DNA from: Thermoproteota archaeon
GTDB taxonomy: Archaea > Korarchaeota > JAOZGF01 > JAOZFZ01
DNA length: 64,000 bases
Assembly (NCBI GenBank): GCA_027492035.1
Contig: JAOZFT010000004.1
Span: forward strand, 512,001-576,000
Reading direction: 5' to 3'
Positions within the stretch are counted from its first letter, which is position 1. Each line of letters starts with the position of its first letter. This document shows positions 1-9,579 of this stretch, piece by piece. A program made the translations under genes and the position numbers. Under the pieces are notes generated by a model. That model had not been told where the DNA came from. It did not search any database and was given only the letters and a program-made list of their open reading frames with translations.

Positions 1-277
1 TTAACCCCTCTGTTAAAGGTATAGCTGCCCTTAAAACAGTTATTATCAAAACTTTATCTATCCCCTCTATTTTCACGCCTTTGGTTTTGGCTAAAGGAGT
101 TTCCACTAAAACCTCTCTTTTTTTAAAGGATTTAAGTATTTCGTAACCCATGTACCTCCCTATTCTTACCAAACTTCTCCTGAACTCTATCTGGCTTAAG
201 TTCTTGTCGCGGACTCTAGTTAATTCTTGTTGCAGGAAAGGATGGTTTAAAACATGTACTCTTCCATTAACACCCAC
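1..277 (-). CDS. upp: uracil phosphoribosyltransferase (5' part; runs off the window edge)
   Basis: Manual translation from GTG at 277: GVNGRVHVLNHPFLQQELTRVRDKNLSQIEFRRSLVRIGRYMGYEI...VETPL...ITVLRAAIPL, the classic UPRTase N-terminus; overlaps the rlmE stop. Confidence 0.9.
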   Translation of the reverse strand, partial: MGVNGRVHVLNHPFLQQELTRVRDKNLSQIEFRRSLVRIGRYMGYEILKSFKKREVLVETPLAKTKGVKIEGIDKVLIITVLRAAIPLTEGL

Positions 278-887
278 TTAAAACCTCCTCTTTCAAATAT
301 TTAGCTATAAAATATATTTCAGCGCTTCTAGCTCTGGAAGCCTTAGGTTTAAACCTTTTAACTTGTTTAAAATAGTTTTTAACTTCCTTAAAAAAACTTT
401 CTGATGAGGAACCCTGAAACACCTTCACAACAAATTTTCCATTTCTTTTCAAAACTTTTCTAGAAATGTTTAATGCTCTCTTTGCTAAAAGAATTTGTTT
501 TAGGTGATCTAGTTCCCAGTGACCAGAAACATTTGGTGCTAAATCGGACAATACCACATCTGCTTTTTGAGGAAGTGCTAACTGAATTTTTTCAACTGCG
601 TTAGGGTTGTTGATGTCCGTTAACAAGAATTTTATGTTTTTATACGGAAAAACCGTGACAGGTTTAATATCTACAGCTAAAATGAATCCTTCATCACCTG
701 AAAGCTTTCTTGCTACTTCAGTCCAGCCGCCTGGGGCTGCACCTAAATCAACTACTACATCTCCTTTTCTGAAAATACGGAACTTCCTGTCTATTTGGAG
801 GAGTTTAAACGCTGCTCTACTTCTAAAATTTTTTTTCTTAGCTAGCCTGTAATAGTAATCCCTCCTTATGTAGGGCCTACTCCCCAT
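267..887 (-). CDS. rlmE: 23S rRNA Um2552 2'-O-methyltransferase RlmE/FtsJ
   Basis: FRSRAAFKL, VDLGAAPGGW, VLSDLAPN, KPKASR..S.E.Y motifs. Confidence 0.96.
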   Translation of the reverse strand: MGSRPYIRRDYYYRLAKKKNFRSRAAFKLLQIDRKFRIFRKGDVVVDLGAAPGGWTEVARKLSGDEGFILAVDIKPVTVFPYKNIKFLLTDINNPNAVEKIQLALPQKADVVLSDLAPNVSGHWELDHLKQILLAKRALNISRKVLKRNGKFVVKVFQGSSSESFFKEVKNYFKQVKRFKPKASRARSAEIYFIAKYLKEEVLSGC

Positions 888-925
888 CTTCTCTCCCTTC
901 TTTTTAAAGAAACAAGGAACTAACT

Positions 926-1225
926 CTAAGAGCCTCCACCAACAGGAGGGAAAATAGCTATCCTCTCTCCTCCCTTGAGTTTCGTTTCCAAACCTTTAAG
1001 AAAAATAATGTTCCTTCCATTAACAAAAACTCTAAAATGTTCACTAACCCCCCCTTTTCTTTCATCCAAGATTTTACGCGTTAATTCCTTCCCGTACTTT
1101 TCTCCAAGTTTAAAGATAGCTTCCTTAACAGTTGAACTTTCAGGTAACTCTAAAACAGCTTCTTTACACTTAGCTATCTCTCTAAGAGAGGCAAAAAGTG
1201 CAAAGGTAACTTTTACTTTTTTCAT
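926..1225 (-). CDS. MoaD/ThiS-family ubiquitin-like small archaeal modifier (SAMP) / sulfur carrier
   Basis: FASLRE, VFVNGRNI, IAIFPPVGGG-S; beta-grasp size of 99 aa. Confidence 0.9.
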   Translation of the reverse strand: MKKVKVTFALFASLREIAKCKEAVLELPESSTVKEAIFKLGEKYGKELTRKILDERKGGVSEHFRVFVNGRNIIFLKGLETKLKGGERIAIFPPVGGGS

Positions 1226-1582
1226 TTAATCCCCTTCCCTACTTTTTTTTCTTTCCTCTAAAAACTAATTACATCTTGTTACTAGAGAGAAAAGGCTAGA
1301 GTTACTTTTTTCTTCCAGTTTTTTTGGAGGAGGTGCACCCCAATCTAATTTGTTATTTTTTGAAAACTTGATTACTTGTTTTTATTTTAAAAGGAAAATT
1401 TAAAAATAAATTTTTCATTATTTTAATATAGGTAAATATAGGCAAGGACATTATCCCTTCTCCTACATTCTTCAATTCAATAAATGTCCTTTACTGTTTA
1501 AGTTCTTTCCTACCGTATTCTATATAATCCGCTAAAAATTATCTTTTATTATTTCCCCTAAAAAACTAAGAGGTGTTTTGCA

Positions 1583-2674
1583 ATGAATAAAATAAAAGTA
1601 GCAATAGCTGGAATAGGAAATTGTGCCTCATCCCTTATACAAGGCGTTTATTATTATAGAAACAAGAAAGAGGGAGATTGTTTCATTCCAGGATTAATGC
1701 ACTTAGATTTTGGCGGGTACAAAATAGGAGATATCGAATTCGTAGCTGCTTTTGATGTTGATGAGAGAAAAATAGGAAAAGATTTAAGTGAAGCGATTTT
1801 ATCAAAACCTAACTGCGTACCTAAGTTCGCTGAAGTGCCAAAATTAAACGTGGAAGTTTTGAAAGCGCCAGTGCTTGACGGTGTAGCTCCCCACATGAAA
1901 ACTTTAAAATACGGAGAAGGATTCCTTGTTAATGACGAAAACGACCCTGTTGACGTAGTCTCTGTACTGAAAGAAACAGATGCTGAAATGTTAATCAATT
2001 TCACGCCTGTGGGTTCTCGTGAAGCAACAAGGTTTTTTGCTGATGCAGCTTTAAAAGCTAAAGTGGCTTTCATAAACGGAATACCTGAGTTCATAGCTTC
2101 AAACCCTGAATGGGCATCCAAATTTGAAAAAAACAAGTTACCGGTAGCTGGTGACGATATAAAAAGCCAAATTGGAGCCACGATCTTGCACAGAGTAATA
2201 ACGCAGCTTTTAAAGGATAGAGGAATAAAAATAGATGAAACCTACCAATTAAATATAGGAGGGAACATGGACTTCTTAAACATGATAGAAGAAGATAGGC
2301 TAAAAACTAAAAGGATAAGTAAAACAGAGGCAGTGACAAGCTTACTCGACTATGAAGTTCCAGTAAGGATCGGACCCAGTGACTATGTTGGTTTTCTAGG
2401 GGATAGAAAAATTTGTTACATTTGGGTGAAGGGAAGGAACTTCGGTGAGTTCCCTGTCTACATAGATATTAAACTAAATGTTGCAGACTCCCCAAACTCT
2501 GCAGGTGTAATGATAGATGTTGTAAGAGCTGTCAAAATAGCGTTGGACAGAGGAGTAGCAGGTCCTCTCATAAGTATCTCTTCTTACGCCTTTAAACACC
2601 CACCCTTGCAATACCCCGACGACATAGCTAAAAGAATGGTTCAGGAGTTTATTGAAGGGAAGAGAGAGCGTTAA
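1583..2674 (+). CDS. ino1: myo-inositol-1-phosphate synthase
   Basis: AIAGIGNCASSLIQG, GDDIKSQIGAT, YQLNIGGNMDF, DSPNSAG motifs. Confidence 0.96.
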   Translation: MNKIKVAIAGIGNCASSLIQGVYYYRNKKEGDCFIPGLMHLDFGGYKIGDIEFVAAFDVDERKIGKDLSEAILSKPNCVPKFAEVPKLNVEVLKAPVLDGVAPHMKTLKYGEGFLVNDENDPVDVVSVLKETDAEMLINFTPVGSREATRFFADAALKAKVAFINGIPEFIASNPEWASKFEKNKLPVAGDDIKSQIGATILHRVITQLLKDRGIKIDETYQLNIGGNMDFLNMIEEDRLKTKRISKTEAVTSLLDYEVPVRIGPSDYVGFLGDRKICYIWVKGRNFGEFPVYIDIKLNVADSPNSAGVMIDVVRAVKIALDRGVAGPLISISSYAFKHPPLQYPDDIAKRMVQEFIEGKRER

Positions 2675-2698
2675 TTCAAAGCGACTCCCCCCTATTTT

Positions 2699-3391
2699 TT
2701 AGCAGCAATTGAAAACTTTTTTCATTGCTTCAAGGAATCCCTCACCAAATTTATTTCTTGTCACATAATTTGCTCTCTTCCTCAACTCTATTGGAGAATT
2801 AGCTAAAGCTATAGAGTATCCAACTGCTTTAAACATTGGTAAATCCATTAGTGAATCCCCTATTGCAACTGCTTCTTCAGGTTTCACCCTTATAAGGTTT
2901 AAAGCTTTAATCAAGGCTTTTCCTTTATCTGTCCTTTTATCTAATAAGTGAATAGCGAATTTACTGTCAAGAACCCTAACAGGGTAATCCTCCAGGGCTA
3001 ACCTCAATTTTTCAATATCCACCTTCCTCTTAATAGCTAAATCACTAACCCTAAATCTGTTGGAGAAATGTTCCTCAATTAACCCACTAAATCTTTCATT
3101 TAAAGCTTTCAAGGCCTGTGCAACAGCTTCTAAATTTCCTAACCTGTACATTTTATTCCGATAATAAACTACACCTCCAGATTCAGCGATAACAGGGCCG
3201 CTTGTTCCAATATACCTTTTTAAACAAATAAGAAAGGGTAAAGCATTGCCTGAACTTAAAATAAACTTCACACCCTTCTCCTCAAGCTTACGTATAGCAA
3301 TAATTGCCTTAGGTTCTATCCTTAAACTCGTATCTGTTAGTGTTCCATCTATGTCTGTGGCAACAACCTTAAATTTATTCATTTCCTTCAC
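2699..3391 (-). CDS. HAD-family (SPP/Cof-like) phosphoglycolate phosphatase
   Basis: DIDGTLT motif I, SSGN, DKG, AIGDS.MD. Confidence 0.88.
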   Translation of the reverse strand: MKEMNKFKVVATDIDGTLTDTSLRIEPKAIIAIRKLEEKGVKFILSSGNALPFLICLKRYIGTSGPVIAESGGVVYYRNKMYRLGNLEAVAQALKALNERFSGLIEEHFSNRFRVSDLAIKRKVDIEKLRLALEDYPVRVLDSKFAIHLLDKRTDKGKALIKALNLIRVKPEEAVAIGDSLMDLPMFKAVGYSIALANSPIELRKRANYVTRNKFGEGFLEAMKKVFNCC

Positions 3392-3406
3392 TCTTCTAAA
3401 TTGTTT

Positions 3407-3979
3407 TTAAACTTTCCCCTGTTTTGTTTCCAGTTCTTTCTTAATAACTGAATCAATTACGTGTTTGCATCTTAAACAAAAGTTAGGTCCTTTAAAGTCA
3501 GTGTCAAAAATGGTGTTGCTAAAATACATAACACATTTCCTGTTAATGCAATGTCTTAAGCCTAAAGTGTGCCCTAACTCATGTAAAGCCTCCTTTAAAG
3601 CCCTTTCTAATAACAGGTTTTCATCATATTCTAAGCCGTAAAAGGTTTGGTTTAATCTAGCAAGAGAAATTAAAGACAAAGGACCGTTAAACAGGGCTTC
3701 ACCGAAAACAAAGTTTAAGTTATTAGAGTAAGTGTCTTCACTCACTACAATTAAAGTTCTCCAATATCTTTTCAAGGTTTGTAGCATAGAGAAATGATTT
3801 ATTATTAAACTTGAATTGTATTGTTTCCTGTGAGGGTTAAAAGCTGAAGGGGGAATATTAAACCTTTCCCCGATCTTCACTTTTACCTCTACAAGAAACA
3901 AAGGAAGTTCTGTTTTTAAGTATTCCAAAACCGAACTAGGCACTTCTCCTATAGGCAAAATAAGAATTACAGGCTTCAT
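3407..3979 (-). CDS. amzA: archaemetzincin (M54 zinc metalloprotease)
   Basis: HELGHTLGLRHCINRKCVM..S...DTDFKG.NFCLRC: HEXXHXXGXXH plus Cys4. Confidence 0.93.
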   Translation of the reverse strand: MKPVILILPIGEVPSSVLEYLKTELPLFLVEVKVKIGERFNIPPSAFNPHRKQYNSSLIINHFSMLQTLKRYWRTLIVVSEDTYSNNLNFVFGEALFNGPLSLISLARLNQTFYGLEYDENLLLERALKEALHELGHTLGLRHCINRKCVMYFSNTIFDTDFKGPNFCLRCKHVIDSVIKKELETKQGKV

Positions 3980-4434
3980 ACAAACCTCAACGCATCCTCT
4001 TTAACACTTAACAAATTCATTCTAGCTTTTTTTAAACTTCTATTTCCAAAGCATAAATTGGTCAAAATTTAAGTGGATAGTTTTATCCTGCCTCTTTTCG
4101 TTTTTCTCCATTATCTCTGCTTATTAACTCTCGTAAGCTTTTTAATATTCAATAGCTTAACAGAACCTTTAATCCATACTTTAAAGAAGAACATTTAATT
4201 CTTTAATAAAATTAAATAACAATTTTTACTTAGAAAAATAGTCCTCTTTCAGTAATTTTTTAATTACTTTAAAAAAAAGAAAATAAAACAGTAAAATTTT
4301 TAATCAAAAAAGAAACAATTAAATTATTGAAAAAGAAAATGCTATAAATATGTAAAGGCTTTTTCTCTGTTTCATTTTTAAAACTTAACTTTTAAACTAG
4401 AGTCAAGGTTTTAAGAAAAAAGGGGAGAAAAGCA

Positions 4435-5073
4435 ATGAAGGAGTTAAATCTAGAAAAATTAAGAGAAATCTTGAAAAACCCCACAAAAAGAAAAATAGTT
4501 GAGTACCTCTGTTTAAAGGGAAAAGGGGACTTTGCAGAAATTACCAGAAGTATACCTACCTCCAAAAGAGTAGATTACCATGTTAGATTCCTATTCTTGG
4601 AAAGGGTACTGGAAAAGTTAGGCCGCGGAACCTACACTGTAAACCCAACAATTCTCTGCATGGTTAGGTCAATATTGGCAATACAGAAACCGTTAATGAT
4701 TGTAGGGGGAATAAAAGATGAAATGGAGTATAATCTAGATGTGTATTCGTCTCTAGAACCTTATGGTTATAAACCGGACAAAATAACCTATTTTGCGCCT
4801 TCAGAAACACGGAAGAAGCTAACAGGAAAAATTAAGAAAGGAGTGGAATTTAAGACATACCCTGAAGAAGTTCTTAAAAATGACTTAAGGAAAGTTTCAA
4901 GGGAAGTGGAAGAATTTATCCTGGAAAACCTTCAGAACTATGAACTCTTAATAGATTTAACGAGTGGAACAAAGCCTGTCATTATTTCTTTATTGCAAGA
5001 TTCCATAAAGTACAACTTAAAGGCGCTTTACTTTAGTGGACGTCGTGTTGACTGGGTTAACCAACCCTATTAA
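4435..5073 (+). CDS. N-terminal ArsR-like winged helix plus C-terminal CARF-like Rossmann domain (putative cyclic-oligoadenylate-responsive regulator)
   Basis: LKNPTKRKIVEYL...FAEI...VDYHVRFL (wHTH); C-terminal MIVGG...PDKITYF...LLIDLTSGTKP matches the CARF D-x-T-x-G-x-K signature. Confidence 0.7.
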   Translation: MKELNLEKLREILKNPTKRKIVEYLCLKGKGDFAEITRSIPTSKRVDYHVRFLFLERVLEKLGRGTYTVNPTILCMVRSILAIQKPLMIVGGIKDEMEYNLDVYSSLEPYGYKPDKITYFAPSETRKKLTGKIKKGVEFKTYPEEVLKNDLRKVSREVEEFILENLQNYELLIDLTSGTKPVIISLLQDSIKYNLKALYFSGRRVDWVNQPY

Positions 5074-5249
5074 TTAGCTCTGTCTCTCTATTTAACCCGA
5101 GTTCTTATAATTTAGTGTTAATAATAAAATACTTCAATAAATTTATAAACACAAACATTCGTAACTTAACTATAACTCACCTATACTTGTTATATACTTC
5201 TGGAATTATATCCAAAAATAAAATAAACACAAAGGAGTCACCCTGCCTG

Positions 5250-5263
5250 CTGATTTAAATCAG
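5250..5263. repeat. perfect 14-bp palindrome CTGATTTAAATCAG
   Basis: Read directly; lies in a long intergenic gap after the CARF gene; function unknown. Confidence 0.5.
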
Positions 5264-5314
5264 TTTAGGGAATTCAATATTAAAGGCCTTTTACTCTTGA
5301 AAAGAAGCTTAAGG

Positions 5315-5395
5315 AGCTGGAAGGAAATAACAACAGGTGAAAACGTTAGGATGCTGTGAGAAGGTCGAAACTTATTTTTCAGCTTTCAAAAGCAA
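5315..5395 (+). pseudogene. possible decayed IS5-family transposase fragment
   Basis: Fragments in different frames read SWKEIT, KR* and KVETYFSAFK, resembling the C-terminal W-K...KRW-x-VE-T-x-FS-x-x-K motif of IS5-type DDE transposases. Confidence 0.3.
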
Positions 5396-5681
5396 TAAAA
5401 ATTTTCTCTCTTAAAATGTGGCCGATAACCAGCAAAGCAGCTTTCTGACTTATTTGTACCAAGATAAAAAAGTTAATGATTCTTTTTGGATTTCACCAAT
5501 TTTCGACAAGTCAAAAATGGAAGTGTAGGAGTTTCCAAGTTAAATCCAGCCCCTAATTTTGAAAGAAGAAACAAAGTAAAAATCCTTCGAGGGTCGAGGG
5601 ATCTAGGACCAAAGACGCCTAATGAACTTTCAACTTTTTGATAAAACCCCTGCACTTCTTAGTAGAGTTTTTGTTGATTCC

Positions 5682-6341
5682 TCAAATTAAAATTTTAGTG
5701 CAGAGAGTTTTCTTTTCTTCCAAGACTTTCAAAACTCTTTCGGGATACATACCGTTAACTATAAAGCATTGTGTAACAAAACGTCTTAAAAGAAGTTTTG
5801 GAAGGTAATTATCTACACATGAACATATCTTGGAAAGGGTTTCGCAACTGATTTCATGTAACAATTTAGCATTTCTCTTCTTCTTTGGGTCTTTCTCAAA
5901 GATTCCATCTACATCTTTAACGAGGACAAGTTTCGGTGCACAAAGTAAACTTGCGATGTAGCAAGAGATGGAGTCGGAGGTTACTTCCCATGAATGTTTT
6001 AACGCGTCTGTAGAAAAAATAAGATTTGAAGGAAGTAGAATAGGTAATTTACCTCTTGAACTTATTTTTTTTACTTCCATAAGGGTTCTGCATAAAACAG
6101 CTTCAGGGTACAAGCTGTTTAAAAGAAAACCGTATTGATCCATGGCTAGAACAGCCATTTTATGCGCCGCAGAATCTGTCAACTTTAATTCCTCACTAAC
6201 CTTTCTAACAGTGTCCGCGAAAACGCCTCCTCCAGGTATGACCAACACTTTCTTTCCTGTTTCAGCCAGTAACTCTAAGATTCTCCTTATCTTTTCAGGA
6301 TGTTTCAGTAAACTTCCCCCTATTTTCACAACTGCCTCCAA
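5682..6341 (-). CDS. amino-acid-kinase family protein, MfnE-like (methanofuran biosynthesis kinase family)
   Basis: VVKIGGSL, VIPGGGVFAD, AHKMAVLAMDQYG, HSWEVTSDS, KDVDG. Confidence 0.8.
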   Translation of the reverse strand: MEAVVKIGGSLLKHPEKIRRILELLAETGKKVLVIPGGGVFADTVRKVSEELKLTDSAAHKMAVLAMDQYGFLLNSLYPEAVLCRTLMEVKKISSRGKLPILLPSNLIFSTDALKHSWEVTSDSISCYIASLLCAPKLVLVKDVDGIFEKDPKKKRNAKLLHEISCETLSKICSCVDNYLPKLLLRRFVTQCFIVNGMYPERVLKVLEEKKTLCTKILI

Positions 6342-6421
6342 ATTGCCTCCCTTTCTGGGAAAAAAAGTTTTAAAAAAAATATAAAGTGAAAGTTTTTTTA
6401 AAAGGTAAAAAATAGTTTTCT

Positions 6422-7351
6422 TTATTTCTTTTTGTATATTTCCGCTATTTTAAGGTACTTCTCCCAGTTCTCATTAATTAATTCTTGGTAATATTCAATT
6501 TTCTCCTTTGACTTAATTATTTCTTTAAACCTCCCCTGTAGTTTTAAGTAACTTTCCACAGGTTTCTTTTTAGCTTTTCCCTCAGCTATCATTTTGCTGA
6601 AACCAGTAAACTGGAAAACTCCATCTTCAAATTCCCAAAGAATCCATGCTCCTGTTTGAACAGCTAATTTACCTATTTCTATCGTGAACCCAGGGTCATA
6701 TCTCCAACCAGGTGGGCAGGGGCTTAAATCTATTACTACTCTACTTCCTTTCCTCTCTTTAGCTTTCTGAAATTTACTGTAGAAATCCATTAAGTAGGAA
6801 GGCGTGACAGTGGCCACATACCTTGCACCATTCGCAATCATAATAAAACCCAAATCCTTTCTTTTCTCTGTTTTGCCTTTAGGTGTAGTAGTTGTCCAAG
6901 CCCCGTAAGGAGTAGCTCCACTTCTCTGTATTCCAGTATTCATGTAAGCTTGATTATCATAGACAAGATAAATTATGTCTTCATTTCTTTCAACAGCACC
7001 ACTTAATGCCTGTATACCTATGTCATATGTTCCCCCATCCCCCGCTATTGCTATCACGTTGACATTCTTACCTTGAACTCTGTACCCTGCCTTTATGCCG
7101 CTTGCCATTGCCGCAGCTGAAGCGAAAGCTGTGTTTTTAAGAGGAACATCAACAGCTGTTTTCGGGAAAATACCTTGAATAACGGAAAGGCAGCAAGCCG
7201 GAACTGTCACTGTAGTATTTCTCCCTAAAATTTTAAGTACATGTCTAACTGCTAAAGCCATTGCACATCCTGCACAGGCCGCATGTCCAGGCATTAAGTA
7301 CTCTTGCAAAGGTATATCTTTGATAGACTTGACTTTACTCATCTTTTTCAC
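6422..7351 (-). CDS. porB: pyruvate/2-oxoacid:ferredoxin oxidoreductase beta subunit
   Basis: GHAACAGC, GDGGTYDIG TPP motif, YDNQAYMNTGIQRS, SPCPPGW. Confidence 0.93.
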   Translation of the reverse strand: MKKMSKVKSIKDIPLQEYLMPGHAACAGCAMALAVRHVLKILGRNTTVTVPACCLSVIQGIFPKTAVDVPLKNTAFASAAAMASGIKAGYRVQGKNVNVIAIAGDGGTYDIGIQALSGAVERNEDIIYLVYDNQAYMNTGIQRSGATPYGAWTTTTPKGKTEKRKDLGFIMIANGARYVATVTPSYLMDFYSKFQKAKERKGSRVVIDLSPCPPGWRYDPGFTIEIGKLAVQTGAWILWEFEDGVFQFTGFSKMIAEGKAKKKPVESYLKLQGRFKEIIKSKEKIEYYQELINENWEKYLKIAEIYKKK

Positions 7352-8523
7352 ACCTTTAACTGTACGAAAATAGGTTCTGTTACTTTCTTTCCTTCTGTTA
7401 CTTTCTTCTTAGCTATTTTGTGGAATGAAACTATATCCTTAAAAGTTACGTCTCTTCCGCCTAAACCTACTATGAAGTTCAAAACTGGGGGTCTGTTTTC
7501 ACTTGGGTAAAGAGTTGACTTAACTTCTATTGAAAGAGGGCCTTCATGTCCATAAGAAACACTTCTATCCATAACCACTACAAGAGATTTATTTTCTAAG
7601 GCTTCACGTATTTCCTTGTTAGGGAAGGGCCTGAACATTTTAACCTTTACTAGACCAACTTTTTCACCTTCTGCTCTTAACCTGTCTACTGCAACCCTTG
7701 TTTCTTCGGCCATTGTCCCAAGTGCTAAAATAACTGATTCAGCGTCTTCAACTCTATACTTCTCAATTTTCCCAGTTTGCAGCAAACCTGAAACTTTCTC
7801 GTACTCTCTACTTATTTCATCAAAAATTTCACCGGCATTTCTATGGGCTTGATCCATCATTTCTGAAAATTCGTAATAATGCTCAGCTGTGGTTATTCCT
7901 CCAACTGAAAACGGGTTTTCGGGGTCTAATTTCCATAAAGGCTTGTAAGGTGGTAGAAAAGAGTCTGTTTCCTCGGGTGTTAAAATTTTCACAGGTGCAA
8001 ATGTATGCGACAAAAGGAAGGCATCCATGCAAATCATTACAGGCATTGAAACTTTCCTGTCTTCACCTAACCTGTAACCCTGTAGAACCATATCGTAAGC
8101 TTCTTGGTTGTTTGAAACATAAATTTGGATCCATCCAGTATCTCTATGGCTCATGGTATCTGTGTGGTCCACCCAAATAGACCATGGTGGAGCTAAAGCC
8201 CTATTTACTACAGGCATAACGATTGGAAGCCGTGCCCTTGCAACCCAGTGCACCATTTCACTCATGTAAAGTAAACCATGGGAACTAGTGGCTGTAAAGC
8301 TTCTTACACCTGTTGATTCAGCCCCTGTAACAGCTGCCAAAGCTGAATGTTCAGATTCAACAGTCATAAATTCAGCATCCATCTTTTTGCTTGAGATGAA
8401 TTCAGATAACATTTCCACGATTGTTGTTTGAGGGGTAATAGGGTAAGCTGCAACGAATTTAACTCTGCTTGACCATGCCCCGTAAGAGACAGCATGATTA
8501 GCTGTTAAAATTAAGGTTTCCAT
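7348..8523 (-). CDS. porA: pyruvate/2-oxoacid:ferredoxin oxidoreductase alpha subunit
   Basis: AAYPITPQT, VESEHSA, FTATSSHGL, FRPFP, GLGGRD. Confidence 0.93.
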   Translation of the reverse strand: METLILTANHAVSYGAWSSRVKFVAAYPITPQTTIVEMLSEFISSKKMDAEFMTVESEHSALAAVTGAESTGVRSFTATSSHGLLYMSEMVHWVARARLPIVMPVVNRALAPPWSIWVDHTDTMSHRDTGWIQIYVSNNQEAYDMVLQGYRLGEDRKVSMPVMICMDAFLLSHTFAPVKILTPEETDSFLPPYKPLWKLDPENPFSVGGITTAEHYYEFSEMMDQAHRNAGEIFDEISREYEKVSGLLQTGKIEKYRVEDAESVILALGTMAEETRVAVDRLRAEGEKVGLVKVKMFRPFPNKEIREALENKSLVVVMDRSVSYGHEGPLSIEVKSTLYPSENRPPVLNFIVGLGGRDVTFKDIVSFHKIAKKKVTEGKKVTEPIFVQLKV

Positions 8524-8526
8524 CTT

Positions 8527-8838
8527 CTACTCACCAAATTCCTCCACAACTTTATCAATAGCTTTAACAGGGCATTCATGGAAACAAATTAAGCATCCTT
8601 TACACCATACATAATCAACTTCAACTTTTCCATCATCTCGAAGTTTTATCGCTCTGTCTGGGCAGTAAGCCCAGCAAATTCTGCACCCTGTACATTTGTT
8701 TAAATCTACAACTGGCCTATATGTTCTCCAAAGACCTGTTTTACCACCAGCTCCTTCAGCGGGTTTAGATAATGGAGCAGGTGGGTATTCCTTCACTGAT
8801 TTCAAACCCATTTCTTTATCTACCTCTACCTTCCTCAA
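8527..8838 (-). CDS. porD: POR delta subunit (2x[4Fe-4S])
   Basis: KTGLWRTYRP, CTGCRICWAYCP, CKGCLICFHECP. Confidence 0.93.
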   Translation of the reverse strand: MRKVEVDKEMGLKSVKEYPPAPLSKPAEGAGGKTGLWRTYRPVVDLNKCTGCRICWAYCPDRAIKLRDDGKVEVDYVWCKGCLICFHECPVKAIDKVVEEFGE

Positions 8839-9440
8839 CTTAACTTTCTCGTTTCGTCATATGCTCTTTCAGCAGCTTCAATATTAAGTTTAAGGGCTTT
8901 AGGATTAAGTTTTTCACTAAAGTATTCCTCTATTCCTTTCGTTACACTTTCTAAACTGACAAGCTTAGAAGACTTAGCGACTGCGCCTGTCATGGGCATA
9001 TTTACCACAGGGAAACCTGCAACTTGAAGGTTTAGATCTAAACAAATCTTAGTTGCATCTACAACCCATGTCTCCACTTCCCCTAATCCAAACTTTTCCT
9101 TCAAAATTTTTTCAGATAAATTGGTGTTAATTGTTAAAACTCCTCTCTCTTTCAAATTCTCGAACACATTAACCATTTTCAGAAGCCTTTGATCCAAAAT
9201 AACAACGTAATCTGCTTTATAGATTAAACTGTGTATATAAATTTGGTTATTAGAAATCCTGGTAAAAGCCTTTATAGGTGCACCTCTCCGTTCAGCGCCA
9301 AACAATGGAAAGGCTGTTGCATACTTACCTTCTAGAAAAGAGGCTAAAGCCAGAATTCTAGATGCTGTGACTCCTCCTTGACCTCCCCTTCCTAACCACA
9401 TTATTTCTATTAAGTCATTCATTTTTTTCCCCTTCTTCAA
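8835..9440 (-). CDS. porG: POR gamma subunit
   Basis: GRGGQGGVT, FGAERRGAP; first gene of porGDAB; real start possibly the later ATG (MNDL). Confidence 0.92.
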   Translation of the reverse strand: MKKGKKMNDLIEIMWLGRGGQGGVTASRILALASFLEGKYATAFPLFGAERRGAPIKAFTRISNNQIYIHSLIYKADYVVILDQRLLKMVNVFENLKERGVLTINTNLSEKILKEKFGLGEVETWVVDATKICLDLNLQVAGFPVVNMPMTGAVAKSSKLVSLESVTKGIEEYFSEKLNPKALKLNIEAAERAYDETRKLS

Positions 9441-9579
9441 ATTCTTTTTGGCCTAAATAAGAAAAAGGGATTGATTTTTTCCCAAATGAAGGGGTTTACC
9501 TTATATTTTAAAGTTTTTGTAAAAGAAATTTTCTTACCTCCGAGGCTAATGTTTTTCTATTTTCCCTTTATGGAAAGGG

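Noticed and set aside
1444-1491. 9-bp inverted repeat AAGGACATT...AATGTCCTT upstream of ino1
   Set aside because: 30-nt spacer and short arms; plausible by chance in AT-rich DNA
5473-5655. 60-aa minus-strand ORF downstream of the MfnE-like gene
   Set aside because: No motif and a weak start; probably spurious
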